A stretch of DNA of 64,000 bases from Lama glama (taxonomy: Eukaryota): assembly GCA_028534125.1 (NCBI GenBank), contig CM052817.1:88476001-88540000 (forward strand), written 5' to 3'. Numbering within the stretch: position 1 is the stretch's first letter; each line of letters begins with the position of its first letter. The translations under genes and the position numbers were made by a program. The notes below the pieces were generated by a model. The model made no database searches, had not been told where the DNA came from, and saw only the letters and a program-made list of their open reading frames with translations. Positions 50,901 through 64,000 of the stretch are shown one piece after another.

Positions 50901-52363
50901 ATACCAGTCTTCAAAAAAAAAAATTGGAAAGGGTCAATCAGTTCCTTAAGGCTGTTCTTAAAAGGCTCATCAAAAAACAAAAACAAATACCAAACTTCTT
51001 TAAGTTGAAAAGAGGCTTTACCAATATAGCTCTTTTACAAACCAGGGTAGCCCCCAAGGCAACCCTGGGCCTTAGTCCTTATAAAGCTCTTTATGGGCCA
51101 TTTATTCAGATGGAAACATTGATAGATAATAAAAATCACCTCTTTAGGGGCATATGACCAAGCTCATAAGGAATTCCAACTCCATAAGGAGTAATTTGGG
51201 CTAAAAAACAGGAGCTCAAGTGGCAACCGGATCTCCTCACCCCTGGCACTCAGGTGTTGATCAAAGTCTTTAAAAAGATGGCTCCCCAGCCTCCCGATTT
51301 CAACTTGTATGGAAAGGGCCTTACCTGGTTCTTCTATCCTCTCCCACTGCAGTAGAAGTTCCTGGAATTGCCAGCGATACACCATAAAATCCACCCAAGA
51401 CGACCAATCTGTTAAAAACCCGAACCTTGGCACCCAAGACGCCTCAGATTCTACATATTCTTGCAAACCTCTTAGCGATCTGCAACTGCTTTTCAAGCAA
51501 CATTCCAAGTCAAACTTCAAATGGCTATACAACAAGGTGATCAACCCATCAGCCAAGACGGCCTTCACACAAGCCCCCACGATGGACACCAACCCTTTGC
51601 TCACCACCTACCCGGTGACAGCCACCTGGTCTCGGACCCCGACGAGCCCCTTCATCACCCCAGATCAGCAGGAAGTAGCTAGGGCGGTTGTCACCCTCTA
51701 CATCCCTAAGATTTGGGGTCCTATGACTAGAGAGGGGAATGTTAGACAGATAGAAATGAGCACCTGGCAAGGCTGGGGGAGCAACCCAGGAAATAACAGT
51801 ACACACACGCTCAGAATAAGGGGCTCCAAAAACTTACTCTCTCTAAATGAGGGCCAACAAAGAAGCCGGCTAGGATCGAATGCTGTGGCTGAGCAGTTGA
51901 GAGAAGGACCCAGCTTAACCTGACCCAGTGCTCATAATAATGTAATTAACACTGCAGTTTGAGCCCCTCCAGTAGATTTCTCTGTGTGCATCATGGGTAA
52001 GAACATGCGCAAAAGAGATGGGCGTGCCTGAGCACAAGGAACACGAACTATCAATCAGCCTGAGTACAAAGAACGTGAGCTGTCAATTAGGCTGAGCACG
52101 CAAAGAACCTGAGCTATGAATCAATCAACCACAAAAAACGCCCCTAAGCCAGGGCATGAAAAACAGGAAAAATAAAGGAGCAGTGCCATTTTTCCCCTCT
52201 TGGATTGGTCCACTCCCAATTCTCAGGAGTGTACTATATTCAACTATCTTTTTACTTTACTAATAAAATCTTGTTTATATCACTCTTTCTATCTCATTAA
52301 AAAGAATTTTTTTTCAGGTGACTAAGAACCGAGGTAACTCTTATTCCCCTCCTCCCAGTAGCA
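50901..52363 (+). mobile_element. Nested class I ERV 3' fragment: integrase C-terminal half, env almost entirely deleted, PPT, 3' LTR (51740-52363)
   Basis: LERVNQFLK, LGLSPYKALYG, WKGPYLVLLSSPTAV, YSCKPLSDLQLLFK, QQEVARAVV; AGAGAGGGGAA then TGTTAG...AGCA; AATAAA at 52262. Confidence 0.9.
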
Positions 52364-53168
52364 AATCCAAAAGGGGAGAACCCCAATCAATGCTCCATTA
52401 GAGATGAAGCTGAATGCAAGACCAAGGTTAGAGAGCAAAAAATCAAGGGAAGCCAATGCAATAGGGAAGGATACCCTGGTGTCTTCCCATGTGAGCTTCA
52501 TTACTCACCAAAGACCTCTCAACCGGTCAGTGTAAGTACACACACTGACACACACACACACACAAACAAACATAGTCCCACAAACTACCTCCCAAAGGAG
52601 AATGGATGCAGAGTGGCTCCCAGAATGGACTCCAGAATGACTCACTTCCAAGAAAGGCAAGAGCCCAGGGGGAACAGGTAGTATTTTCCTATCCTGCACA
52701 AGCCGGAGTGGCTCACCCCGAAACAACTCACTCAAAAACACAAAGAAGCTACAGTCGCACAATCAGAGGAGGCGTTATCTAGAATTTCCTCTTCCACTCC
52801 CAGATGGAGGCCTCCAAACAGACTAGCCCAGCTCTTGAAAGAGAACAGATACAGAGTGGCTCACAGTGAGCCCAGAGCAGCTTACTTCCCAGAAGGAAAT
52901 GAGCCTAGATCGAGTGGAGAAAACGCCCAGCCAGCGCAAGCTGGAGTGACTCACCCTCAAGTGACACTGAATGTGGACCTCAGCTCTGGACGTTTCTCTG
53001 CTGCAAACAGCTTCCTGCCATGGAGCGGCTGGCGTCCTTCAGGGAGAATTCCTCCTGGTTCCCGGGGCGAAGTGAGCTCAGGCAGCTGCTGGGGACCCAG
53101 GAAAAGAACGGCTTCAGGCCTGGGTCGACCTGCCAGACCACAGACTCCTATGTTGGATTCACCAAGAT

Positions 53169-53621
53169 TGTTACTGAAGGCAAGTTCGTGTGCCCAAAGC
53201 ACAGTGGAAGCCAAACAAATGGGAAAGTTGGAGTTTGGAGCAGAGAAATGTTTACTCCTGGGCCGAGCACGGAAAACAAGTGGCTCCTACCTAAGTAACC
53301 TTGAATCCCTGATGTGTTGCAGCTGAGCATTTTAAAGGCCAGCTAAGGGAGGGGAGTCCCAGGGAACATGATCAGCTGTGCACATTCTGATTGATTGATG
53401 GTGATCAATCCTTGGGCATCAGAAGGTCTGGGGGCCAGGTGCTCATGATCATCAAATGGTCATCATTAATTTCTTCCATTTGGTGGTGGTTTTTAGCATC
53501 TAAAAAACACAGGAAATCTGCATGAGATACTATTACCTGGGTACTTCCGAGGGGAGCTACAGCAGAGGATATGGGGGGGCGTCTGTCCCAGGAAGGCCCC
53601 GTAGGGTCCTGCTCAGTTACA
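53169..53621 (-). repeat. Complete LTR
   Basis: TGTAAC...GTAACA termini on the minus strand; TTTAAAA box near 53330. Confidence 0.9.
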
Positions 53622-56600
53622 GTTCCCCCCTTTTCTTTGATACTCCTCAATCTTGAAGAGAACAGGTGTTGGACAGGAAGGGAAATAATATTTTGGATAG
53701 AGAGGTTCATCATAAATTCGGCAGAGGAACTCAATTTTAATCTCAATTACAGATGGGAGGTTGTACACAGTAAGATTGGGAGATACCGTCCTCTGAAGAG
53801 GGAAAAATACAATTAAATGATGCCAAATTTTCAGTAAATCAGGCGAGTTCCTAATTTAGGATAAGCATGGTGACTGAAAAGAAACAACCAAACCCCAGTA
53901 AAGTAAAAAACACAGCACTCTTGTCTGCACTGGCTACACGTGCCTTTTCATCACAATCTGGTTTTCTTATTCACTTTTAAAATTGTCTTTTCCTTGAAAT
54001 TATGCATTTAAAAATTATTGGCAAAAGAAAAAGTATTTGAAAAAATGTCATTTTGAATATAGCCTAAATTCATTTTGTTATAAAGGAAAATGGGAAGAAT
54101 TTTATGTATAATACAGTTTTCACTGGTATTTACTAGTCCACGTAGCATTGAAGTCAATAGCGTACCAGTTTGCTTCTGAAACTATTTACCAACATTCTTC
54201 ACCTTATAGTGAATTTTCGTACTTCTTACTATTATCAGTTTAATTAAATATTGCTGAAAATTAGTTACTATTAGGGCAGTTTTAGTGAACAATTAAGTCT
54301 ATTGTCAATGATGTATTTATGAACATTGTTGAAATTCTGGTTGCAGATTTTCTGCCATTAACTATGTCCTGTGTTGTTTGAAGTTGACAGCTGTGAAGAT
54401 TACATAAGTGTACACCAGACCCTTCTGGGGTATAATCCAAAAAATATAAACCAGTAATGGATTTCACAGAGCAGAAACCAAAACATAAAGAAAAAGAAAG
54501 TTCAGAAAGACCTAATGTTTCCTTCTTAAGCATTCATTACCATTAACTATTCCTCTTTGCATTAAAAATAATTCAATAGAATGCCAATATGATGTTTTCA
54601 ATATTTTATTACTCTTTCCTTTTCTCTGATTTCTTTTCCCTTTGAAGATAAAAGAGGTATTTTAATTAGGATGCAATGGGAATAAATTCAGAATTAGCAT
54701 ACGTTGGTGTTCAATAAATGCAGTTTTAATTATAACCTTTTCCTGTTTGTTTCAAAGATTTAAGGAAAGAAAAAACACATCAGAGGCAAAACAAATATTT
54801 CTTAACATTTTATATTAATGATATACTGCCAGGGACTTAATTTTGATGTGTGTATGTGTATTTTTTAATTCTAAAAGCTTGCTTATCCTTCTAGATGTGG
54901 AGGAAAATATATAGAAGAATATACAGGCGCCTCATTGCTTTAAGTGGATTAGGGAGAATGTTTCTCTACCTGAGCATTGGCAGAACTGGTCTCTGGGAAA
55001 GACTGTTTCATGAAAAAAAGACCCAGAAATAGTTGGTCAGAGTGCTAGGAACAGTCCATGGTAGAGAAAACCATAAATAGTAAGGCTATCTTTGAAATTC
55101 AAAGACTATAATTGATTATATTTACCTCATAATTTAGAGTTGTCTCTGCAGGTTACCTGGACATCATTAGGATTTAGAAAGTACTTTTCTCAGACACGGC
55201 AGACAGGGAAATAAAGGGAGTTCAAGTATTTCTAGACATTTTAGAATGACTCCAGTGAGAATTTTCTTCACCATTTGGAAAGGCAGAATTGAGGTTAACA
55301 ATTAGAAACATGTCCACATATGAGGACATATACTTTCTATTAGATCAAACTAGAATTTCAGATAAATCTCTGCATATTTTTATGCAGAAAGCTATGCTAT
55401 GTTGGAGATATCGTCTCAGTTTCAAAATGCAGGCGAACATCTAGGTTTTTCTCTTTTATTTCCCACTTATTTTTAAATATTTTACTTTGGCCTCCAAATA
55501 TCTTTATGGCAGTAGTGTGATTTTATCGATGATGAGGGACAGTGCAGGTCATTTAACAAATACTATTCGCATGCACTTTTAATAAACCATGACAGAGTAA
55601 ACAAAGTTTGATCTCAATAAATTACATTATATCTAAAAACATAGGTCCAGTTTCTCTATCTATAGACATACTAGAGAAATAATTTCAGTTTAAATTATAT
55701 GAAGTCATGAAGAAATAAAAATCTTACCATATGATTAACAGGAGATTTATGTTTTAATTGTACTCGTGAATTGGGTGATTGGATCTTAGGATGCATTTTG
55801 GCATAGCAGCAAGGTTATATATGATTTCTAGGTTTCCCAGTTTGGCAACTTATCAACAAGGTGGCTAAAATGCTATATATTTGCAATTAAAATCGGAGAA
55901 AAGGAAACAAATATAGTAATAATAAAAGAAAAAAACATAGCAATGAAATTAACAAAATAAAAGCTTACCGGATACAAATAAACAGTTTAACTCAATTTTG
56001 TTTAAGATTTTGAAGAGGACTTTATGTGTTCTTCAAGGCTTCAGAAATTGGTGATATTGTGTGTAAGATTTCATTGAACTTCAAAATTTTTAGCTTTCAT
56101 TTAGGTAAACTTAAGAACTATCTCTAGAGCTATCCCAAATCTTGTTTATAATGACCACTGTATTTTTCAAAATTTTATAAATACATTTTTCTGATTATAA
56201 GGAGAAAAGTAATTATAGAATATATGTTTTCATGTATGATAACAGGTTGCCTGGAAGAGAATTGAATGTGTTTAATTTTGTGCAAAGGGAAGTGTACAGC
56301 ATTGTGTTTGTGCCCTCTCTCTGAGGAGGAAATTACATTTCTAAACAAGCTTTCTGTTTACCATATGGTATTACCAGCCAGGAACAATCTTATTTTTATT
56401 GAGAAAAAATATAGTAGAAAAGATTTTGAGAGGGAGTCTGATTTAAACCAAGAAAAGGCAACTGCGGCTAGTTTCTTGAACATTTATAATCAATTTCTGG
56501 AATATCCATTAGCCAGTGCTATCTAGGTACTAAGAAAAGAATAAAGTCCATCTAACATTTTTTCATAATTTGATAATGTGATACACTGAGAGTAGTTGAT

Positions 56601-57385
56601 AATTTTGTTTTAGAAGGAACCATGATCAGAAAAGACTAGACCTATCCTACACATGCTCACTCATTAATAAAAATGCAACCCCATCATGTTTCTATTGTGT
56701 GGTGTCCAAAAGAAGGTAAAAGTCATTTCAGTTATAATCCCTGGTTCAAAATAAAACATGCAGGGCAAATGAGAATATGTTCTAAGAATTTGGCTCTAGG
56801 CCTAGTGCTCTAAACTTTTCAATCAGTGAATCCAATGATAAGATACTATATTTTTAGTAAGTTTATACATGACAATGGCTTGGAGGGAACGGATAACACC
56901 TTGAGTGAGAGGGTTACAATCAAAAATAACCTTGATATTTTGAAAAAGTAAGTAACGCTTGCCAAGTGATAAATAGATAGATGACAGATACATCCTGTAT
57001 TTTATTTTATCAATTTGAATATTTTATGACTAAGTAAGAATTAACTAAATCAATTAGAAACAAACAACTGGCAGGAAGAAACTAATTTGAGGAGTTATCC
57101 GGTAGAACCACATTCATCATTTTTATTCCTTTATGAGCAATAGATTGAATTTGCATAATTAGATCTTAGATACAAGATCTATGGCCTGGATATACTTAAC
57201 TGTTATTGTTCATTCCTAAATCAGAGTTTGTATACACCTTTATTATAGAATTTCTCACACTGCATTGTGATCATTTCTTTTTACCACTGTCAGCAGGTTA
57301 CAAGCGTACACACAGTGCTCCAGGAAAGGCTTGGCACTGTGCTTTAAGCCACAGGGTGGAATCTCTCATTATAGAAAACTTTAGT

Positions 57386-57625
57386 TTTCGAGATTTGCAG
57401 ATACTAACTACTCTATATAAAATAGATAAACCACAAGTTTATACTGCATAGCACAGGGAACCATATTCAATATCTTGTAGTAACCTCTGGTGAAGAACAA
57501 TATGGGAATGAACATATGTATGTTCCTCTGTGACTGAAGTATTGTGCTGTACATCAGAAATTGACACAATACTGTAAACTGACTATACTTCAAAAAATAT
57601 ATATTAAAACTGGAAAAAGAAAAGA
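57386..57625 (+). mobile_element. Short L1 3'-end fragment (younger lineage type)
   Basis: TTCGAGATTTGCAGATACT...GTAAACTGACTATACTTCAA plus A-rich tail. Confidence 0.88.
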
Positions 57626-59289
57626 AAGGTTTTGTGGAAATAAGCTTCTGTCATTTTGCTTTGACTTAATTTGGCTTCATTTTCCCCTGCCTTCCTTAAT
57701 ATCACAGAATCCCTAAAACATGGAAACTGGTAATTCTGTGACCCAGCCACTAGTCCGGAATGTAGAATAAGGGGAGGAATGGAGGGTGATAGTAACCTAT
57801 ATTTTTCAGGCAGCTCGTCCCCTTTTTGAGGTTACAGAAGAATTGTCATTCTGTAACAAATGTTAAGACTTTGATAAGAACGTGGTAGTTTCTTATTTTC
57901 ATACCTTAGAAAGTGCTACTTTATATTATAACAGTGATGTTTTAATTGTAGCTTTCTTAGGAGGCAGAAAAAGACAAAATTTTACTATGTTATTTATTTT
58001 TTTCTCCTCTGAAAAAAGGATTATAAAATCTATTCATGTTTCACTATATTTTATGTTTAAAATGCTAGTCATTTGTAGATGGTTATATTGTGATTGTGTT
58101 TTTATATTAATAATCATTAAGATAAATTGTTAATTTTAGGGAAAGAAACATTGTTATTAAAATAAAATTTTAATAATTCTAAGTGTTTTTCTCATGAACA
58201 ACACCTTGGATTTTGTCACTGTTAAACATCCAAATGTTTTTAATTAATGTTCCTTTTTGGGTTAATGAGGTCAGCATTAATAACTCCTTTTTGTAAAAGA
58301 AAAATGAATAAAGGCTTCTAATATTGGAAAATATAATATTTCTCCAAGTTTTCTAGGACAGATTTTAAATAAACTTGTTGCCATTCCAAAATGAAGTGTT
58401 GTCTATTAAAGTTGATCTTGCTATTTCAGAAGGCAAAATTCCAAAGAGAATGTAGCATCTCTTTGTCAACAGATTGCTAATTAATTTGTTTTTTAACATC
58501 AGAGACTATCCACTCCCATTAATCTTTCTTAGACACTCCCAAGTCAGGAAATTTGAATTCCCTGAATAAGAAGCACTGAGAATAAAATACTTTCCCCAAA
58601 CATCAACTTTTATAACTCTGACACAGTGTCCTATGAAAATTTCTCATCAGTTTCCTGAATTAATCAGGAAAACATACAATATGTGTGATGTCACATAAAT
58701 AATGAGGTAATGATGGCTGAACACCATAAGATCTTCTGGACTGCTTTCCTTCAACCTGAGACCAGGGCTGCTTCCATCTCACTGTTGTACAACTTGGTGT
58801 ATTTTATTCTCAAGGTAGTCTCAAAAAGAAGAGGAATGGATTGAAGTATCACACAGGATATTTAAAGGGCAAAGCCTGGAAGTTGCTTAACATAACTTTG
58901 TTCACCTTTTATTGATATAGGCAACCAAATGGCCTCTGACATAAATGCAAAGAAAATTGAAAATAAAACCTTTCTGAGTGTGAGCATATGAAACAAAAAT
59001 CTCATAGTACAGATAGAACATTGTCACTGTTATAGCTCCAGGGAAATAAACTTATTTGAAGAACAGAGAGCAACTAACTTCTCAATGTCTGTATAGGTTA
59101 TATGATGATTTTCAGGATAATCTTAGAAAATCATTAACAGAATTGAGACAAAGTATGTCTGAGGTGCATCATTTGTCCTGGCCATTTGAAACACTATTTA
59201 TAAAATAAATAATAAAATAAACAAAATCAATCACCAAAAGGAAATGAATTGATAATTGTCTAATGATGTCAATATATGGTAAGACTAAT

Positions 59290-61470
59290 GAAATCCACAC
59301 CAATATACATTGTATGCAAATTGTCAAAAGTCAAAGACAAAGAATTTTAAAAACAGTAAATGAAAAGCAACTCTCACATACCAGGGAACCCCTATGCTAT
59401 AGATTAAATGTTTGCATCAATCTAAAATTCGTATGCTGGAATCCTAATTCCCAATGGAATAGTACTGGGAGGTGGGTCCTTTGGGAGGTGACTAAGTCAT
59501 GAAGGTAAATGGGATTAAAGCCCTTATAAAACAAACCCCAGAGACATCTTTCATTTTTCCTGCCTTCACCTTGGACTTCTCTACCTTCTAAACTGTGAGA
59601 AATAAATTTTTATTGTTTATAATCCACCCAACTTATACTGTTCTGTTACAGCAGCTCAAACAAAGACAGCCCATAAGATTTGCAGCAAATTTCTCAGCAA
59701 AAGCTACCAGGCCAGAAGGGAGTAGGATGATATATTCAAATGGCTGAAAGAAAAAAAAATGCCAAGCAAGAATCCTTTATCTAGCAAAATTGTCCTTCAA
59801 AAATGAAGGAGAGATAAAGACTTTTCAGATATACATCAGTTGAGGGGGTTTATCACCACTAGACCTGCCTTACCAGAAAGGCTAAAGAGAGTCATCCAAC
59901 ATGAAAGAAAATGACGCTAAATAGCAACAGGAAAGTATTTGAAAGTATAAAGCTCAAAGAAAAAGTAAAAAGTAAATACACAGACAAATACAGAATACTG
60001 TAATGGTAGTGCATAAATCACTTTTAATACTGCTATACAAATTAAAAGACAAAAGTAAACAAAACTATAATTATACTATGATAATGAACACACAATATAA
60101 AAAGATGTAATTTGTGATATTGATAACAAAGTGTAGAGAAGGAGAAGTAAGAGAGTAGTGTTTTAGTATGATATTGAACATAAGTTATTATCTTAAAATA
60201 GGTTGTTTTAACTATAAGATGATTTACATAAACCCCACAGTAACCATAAAATAGACACAAAAGAAAATGAGAAAAGAATCAAAACATATCACAATACATT
60301 AGAGAAAAAAAAAACGATAAACTAACAAAACACCAAGAAATCCAAGAAAGGAAATGAGGGACAAAAGAACTACAGGACAGAAAACAGTGAACAAAATGGC
60401 AATAGTAAGTTCATCCCTATCAGTAATTACTCTGAATGCAAATGAAATAAACTCACCAATCAAAAGACACAGAGTGGCTGAATGGATAAAAAAACAAGAT
60501 CCAACTCCATACTCTCTACAGGAGACATATTTCAGATATAAGGACATATATAGGCTGAAAGTTAAATGATAGAAAAAAATAGTCCACAAAAATATTTACC
60601 AAAGAGAGAAGGGATGGACATATTCATTTAAACTGTAACCAATTAAAATATGAGCAAAACACTTGAATAGGCATTTCCCCAAAGAAGACATACAGATGGG
60701 CAACAGGTACATGAAAAAGTGCTCAGCATCATTAATTATCTGGGAAAAGCAAATCAAAACCACAAGGAGATATCCCTTCACACGTGTTAGGATGGCTATT
60801 ACTGGAAAAACAGAAAATGACAAGTGCTGTTGAGAGCCTGTAGAAACTGGAAACATTGTGCACTATTGATGGGAATGTACAATGGTGCAGAGAAATGTAT
60901 GGAGGTTTCCCAAAAATTTGAAATAGAATTAACACATGATCCAGTAATCCCACTTCTGGTATTTATCCAAAAGAAATTGAAATCAGGATGTCAAAGAGAT
61001 ATACACATGCCCATTTTTATTGCAGCAATATTTACAATATCCAAAAAGTAAAAACAACATAAATGATCATCAAGAGATGAATGGATAAAGAAAACATGTT
61101 GTATACATGCAATGGACTATTATTTAGCTACAAAAATGAAGGAAATTCTATCATATGCTGCAATATGGTGAACCTTGAGGACATTATGCTAAATGAAGTA
61201 ACCTAGTCACAGAAGGAACAACACTGAATGATTCCATTTTGATGAGGGATCTAAACAGTCAAAATCATAGAAGCAGAAAGTAAAATGGTGGTTACCAGGT
61301 GCTAGAGGAGTGTGAAGTGGGGAGTTGCTGCTCAATGTGTACAAAGTTTCAGTCACCCAAGAAGAAGAGTTGTGTAGTACAAAATTGTGCTTGTAATTAA
61401 CAATACTCTAATGTAAATTCAAAGATTGGTTGAGAAAATAGACATGGTATTTTTTTTTTAACCACAATAA
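59290..61470 (+). mobile_element. Old LINE-1 (L1M-type): ORF1 C-terminal half, spacer, ORF2 start at 60396, large deletion near 60600, 3' end
   Basis: RILKTVNEKQL, ILYLAKLSFKNEGEIKTFSD-like, MAIVSSSLSVITLNANEINSPIKRHRVAEWIKKQDP, then directly the ORF2 C-terminus. Confidence 0.9.
59395..59668 (+). mobile_element. MaLR (MLT1A/MST-type) LTR inserted in L1 ORF1
   Basis: TGCTAT.G..T.AATGTTTG start; AACTGTGAGAAATAAATTT...GCAGC.CAAAC..AAGACA end. Confidence 0.85.
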
Positions 61471-62094
61471 AGAATAATAGTTTATTTAGGTAAATCAGTT
61501 ATTTTTCCTCACAGTCTCTTTGTTAGTAAACAGAGTATTTTTTATTGGCACTCAGCCTCCAGAAAAATGTAGATTTTATATAAGAATGTCATCATATGAA
61601 AGTCAAGCACTTTCATTTTATTCTTTAAAATTTGTTTCTCTGCTAAAATTTTATTTCTTTTTGTGTTTGTAGAATTTATTTCCTGCCCAAGTTTATGCTA
61701 TAATTTTGAATGATTTCTTCTTTCTCAACTGAATATGCTATGATCATAGATTTGAGATCTTTGTGATTACTTCATTTAGCTTGATGATTTTCTTGTTTGT
61801 GAACAATGTATAGAGATTAAACCTAATATAAGACAAAGTTTTAGATACAACATTAAGTCTTTAGGACAGGTCCAGTATCATTTTGTTCAGCATCCTTTGA
61901 CAATCCTAAGACATATGATCCCCCCTCCCATCCTGCTTAGGATCTAATATCAGTGTTACAACATGAGCATATCACAGCACACAGGTGGTTCATTCTATAA
62001 TACTGTTTTCAACCAATGTTGCTACTTTTTTTTTTCACAGATTTTCTAATAAGTCATCTTTAAACTCGAAGTTGTATTACTACACTTAAAGGTA

Positions 62095-62760
62095 TCAATT
62101 TATTTAAATAGTACTTATTGAGAATCTACTATTTTAAAGCAATATTTTTGTGGGTTATATAATGATGAATGAGTTAGGTGTCTGACTTTTCAGTTTATAG
62201 CAACCAATGGAGTGGAGAAGGGATATAAGTTCTAGTTCAAAGGCAATTATGATCTAGAACTATGACAGGAGAGTAAAGAAGATGAAGTGGACTATTTAGA
62301 AATGTAGCTTTACAGTACACAAGGATGAGCTTCTGAAAGGCATTTTAACATCTGCTTAGGGAATTATTCTGCACCATAATAAAGTTTTTAAGTATCTGAA
62401 AGAGGTGAGGTATATAATCAAAGTGTTGCAGAAAAACATTTCAGTGTTTGTTGAGGTTATGTGTGCTGTGGTGAACTTGAGAGACCACCTAAGGAACCTT
62501 TTAACAATTATCTAAGTAAGGCCTAACTTATGGTGGATGAAGGTATAACAAACAACATGTAGAGATAAATAGAAAATAAACTTGACTGAATCAATGGATG
62601 ACTGAAGAGACAAAGGAAATGAAAGACTGGAATAGCACCTGGGTTTATTGCTAGAATAACTTGGTATTCTACAGATTTTTGTGCTATTGCATGAGACTCG
62701 AGAAGGATCTGATTGAGGAGTGAAAGGAGATCATGGGTTCAGTTTGGGACCTAATAATCC
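62095..62760 (-). mobile_element. L2 remnant
   Basis: TTTATT.AA..A.TA.TTATTGAG..TCTACTAT terminus and GGAGATCATG.GTTCAGTTTGGGAC motif. Confidence 0.55.
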
Positions 62761-63179
62761 TAAAAGGTGGAAAGAGGCCTTCATAGTAACCTTCTTTCAG
62801 TAGATAAAGGTTGCCAGGGTAAAATACTTTATTCATCTGAGAGCCTACTGGCTTAGTAAACTGTTACCAGGAGGTTAGGGTTACAGCACATTAAAACGTA
62901 AATAACAATCTAGATAAAATTTAAAAATAAAATAAAATAATGAGATCTTCTTGAATCTTAATATGTCTATATTATGCCATAACATTTTTCATAGTTATTA
63001 CTTTGGACTACATCTGTTTAAAAAATATAAACAATTCCTCTTAGTATCTTAATGAGAGGAGAAAAGTAGTAATTTTATGCCATCATTATAAGTGTTTTAA
63101 GTATAAAAGAGGAAACGAATTACCTCAAAATTAGAAGTAGTGACTTGGCTGTGTTCATAATACTGACCATGAATGACTA

Positions 63180-63711
63180 TTTATTTTTTATTGATGTACA
63201 GTTGATTTATGATGCTGTATTAGTGTCAATGTACAGCAAATGATTCAGTTATACATATATATATTAAAGATATTAAATATAGTTCCCTGTACTATACAGT
63301 AGGTCCTTGTTTATCTATTTTATGCATAGTAGTTTATATCTGTTAATTTCAGACTCTTAATTTATTCCTACCCTGTCTTCCATTTTGGTAACTATAAATT
63401 TGTTTTCTATGTTTGTTGGTGTATTTCTGTTTTGTAAATAAATTCATTTGTAACATTTTTTTTTTTAGATTCCACATATAAGTGATGTTACATGATATCT
63501 GACTTACTTCACTTAGTATGATAATGTCTAGGTCCATCCATGTTGCATTAAATATTATTATTTCATTCTTTTTATGGCTGAGTAGTATTCCACTGTGTGT
63601 GAATATATATATCTCACATCTTCTTTATCCATTCATCTGTTGACAGGCATTTAGGTTGCTTCCATGTTTTGGTTATTGTAAATAGCGCTGCTATGAAGGT
63701 TGGGGCATGCA
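63180..63711 (-). mobile_element. LINE-1 3' fragment
   Basis: Antisense TTAGATTCCACATATAAGTGA and TTTATGGCTGAGTAGTATTCCA. Confidence 0.92.
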
Positions 63712-64000
63712 GAAATATTTCAGTCTGACCCTCCAGAACTTGAGTGGAGGACTCTTTCCAGCTTACTGTGAATTTTGTTCCTGTTAAGGAAGATTGGCCT
63801 CATCAAAAATGTTCTAAATAACCACTGTTAGTAACATGATTTTACTTATTTTAATTTTGAGAAGAAACAAAAGAACTTTGTTGAAAATTGTTTCTGACAG
63901 TTATCTGTCTATCTCTAAAAGATCTGATCATGCTGTGACTTATTAAAATACATTATTAAGAGGTTAGCAAGAAAAAGGGAACCTCTCTGAAAATTGTCCA

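Larger units (their letters stand above)
47029..53830 (-). mobile_element. Rearranged non-autonomous class I ERV: full LTR 53169-53621, partial LTR 47029-47173, leader, gag remnant, AT-rich non-coding interior
   Basis: 47029-47173 aligns with 53169-53312; PBS-like motif 53145-53164; interior homologous to the first ERV; right boundary approximate. Confidence 0.88.

Noticed and set aside
51309..51923. 204-aa ORF, the longest outside gaps
   Set aside because: Runs from the integrase tail through the env remnant into an LTR; a chance chimeric frame with no sign of function
52835..53326. 163-aa ORF and overlapping frames
   Set aside because: GC-rich ERV leader and LTR, where open frames arise by chance

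Overview
AT-rich mammalian genomic DNA with no host protein-coding exon, tRNA or rRNA gene that I can support; it reads as a gene desert or very large intron. The L1 5'/3' UTR styles and the lack of recognisable Alu, B1, Bov-tA or PRE-1 SINEs suggest a cetartiodactyl, probably a camelid (inference). Contents: (i) a two-LTR, internally decayed class I ERV on + (1-7417); (ii) a MIR split by a solo LTR, then an ~8 kb L1 pile-up (14.8-23.0 kb) that holds a locally copied 150-bp insert and a young-looking betaretrovirus-type LTR spanning a 500-N gap; (iii) old MaLR/L1M/L2 fragments and non-repetitive stretches; (iv) an ERV-L RNaseH-integrase-dUTPase relic (37.8-39.3 kb); (v) more L1s; (vi) a rearranged class I ERV on - (47.0-53.8 kb) whose intact LTR has both a PPT upstream and a PBS downstream, with an opposite-strand ERV fragment nested inside. 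The longer ORFs in the track are retroelement fragments, antisense shadows or N-gap artefacts. I found no convincing new biological system; the best leads are retroelement rearrangements. All identities were judged by eye and repeat family names come from memory, not from a database search.
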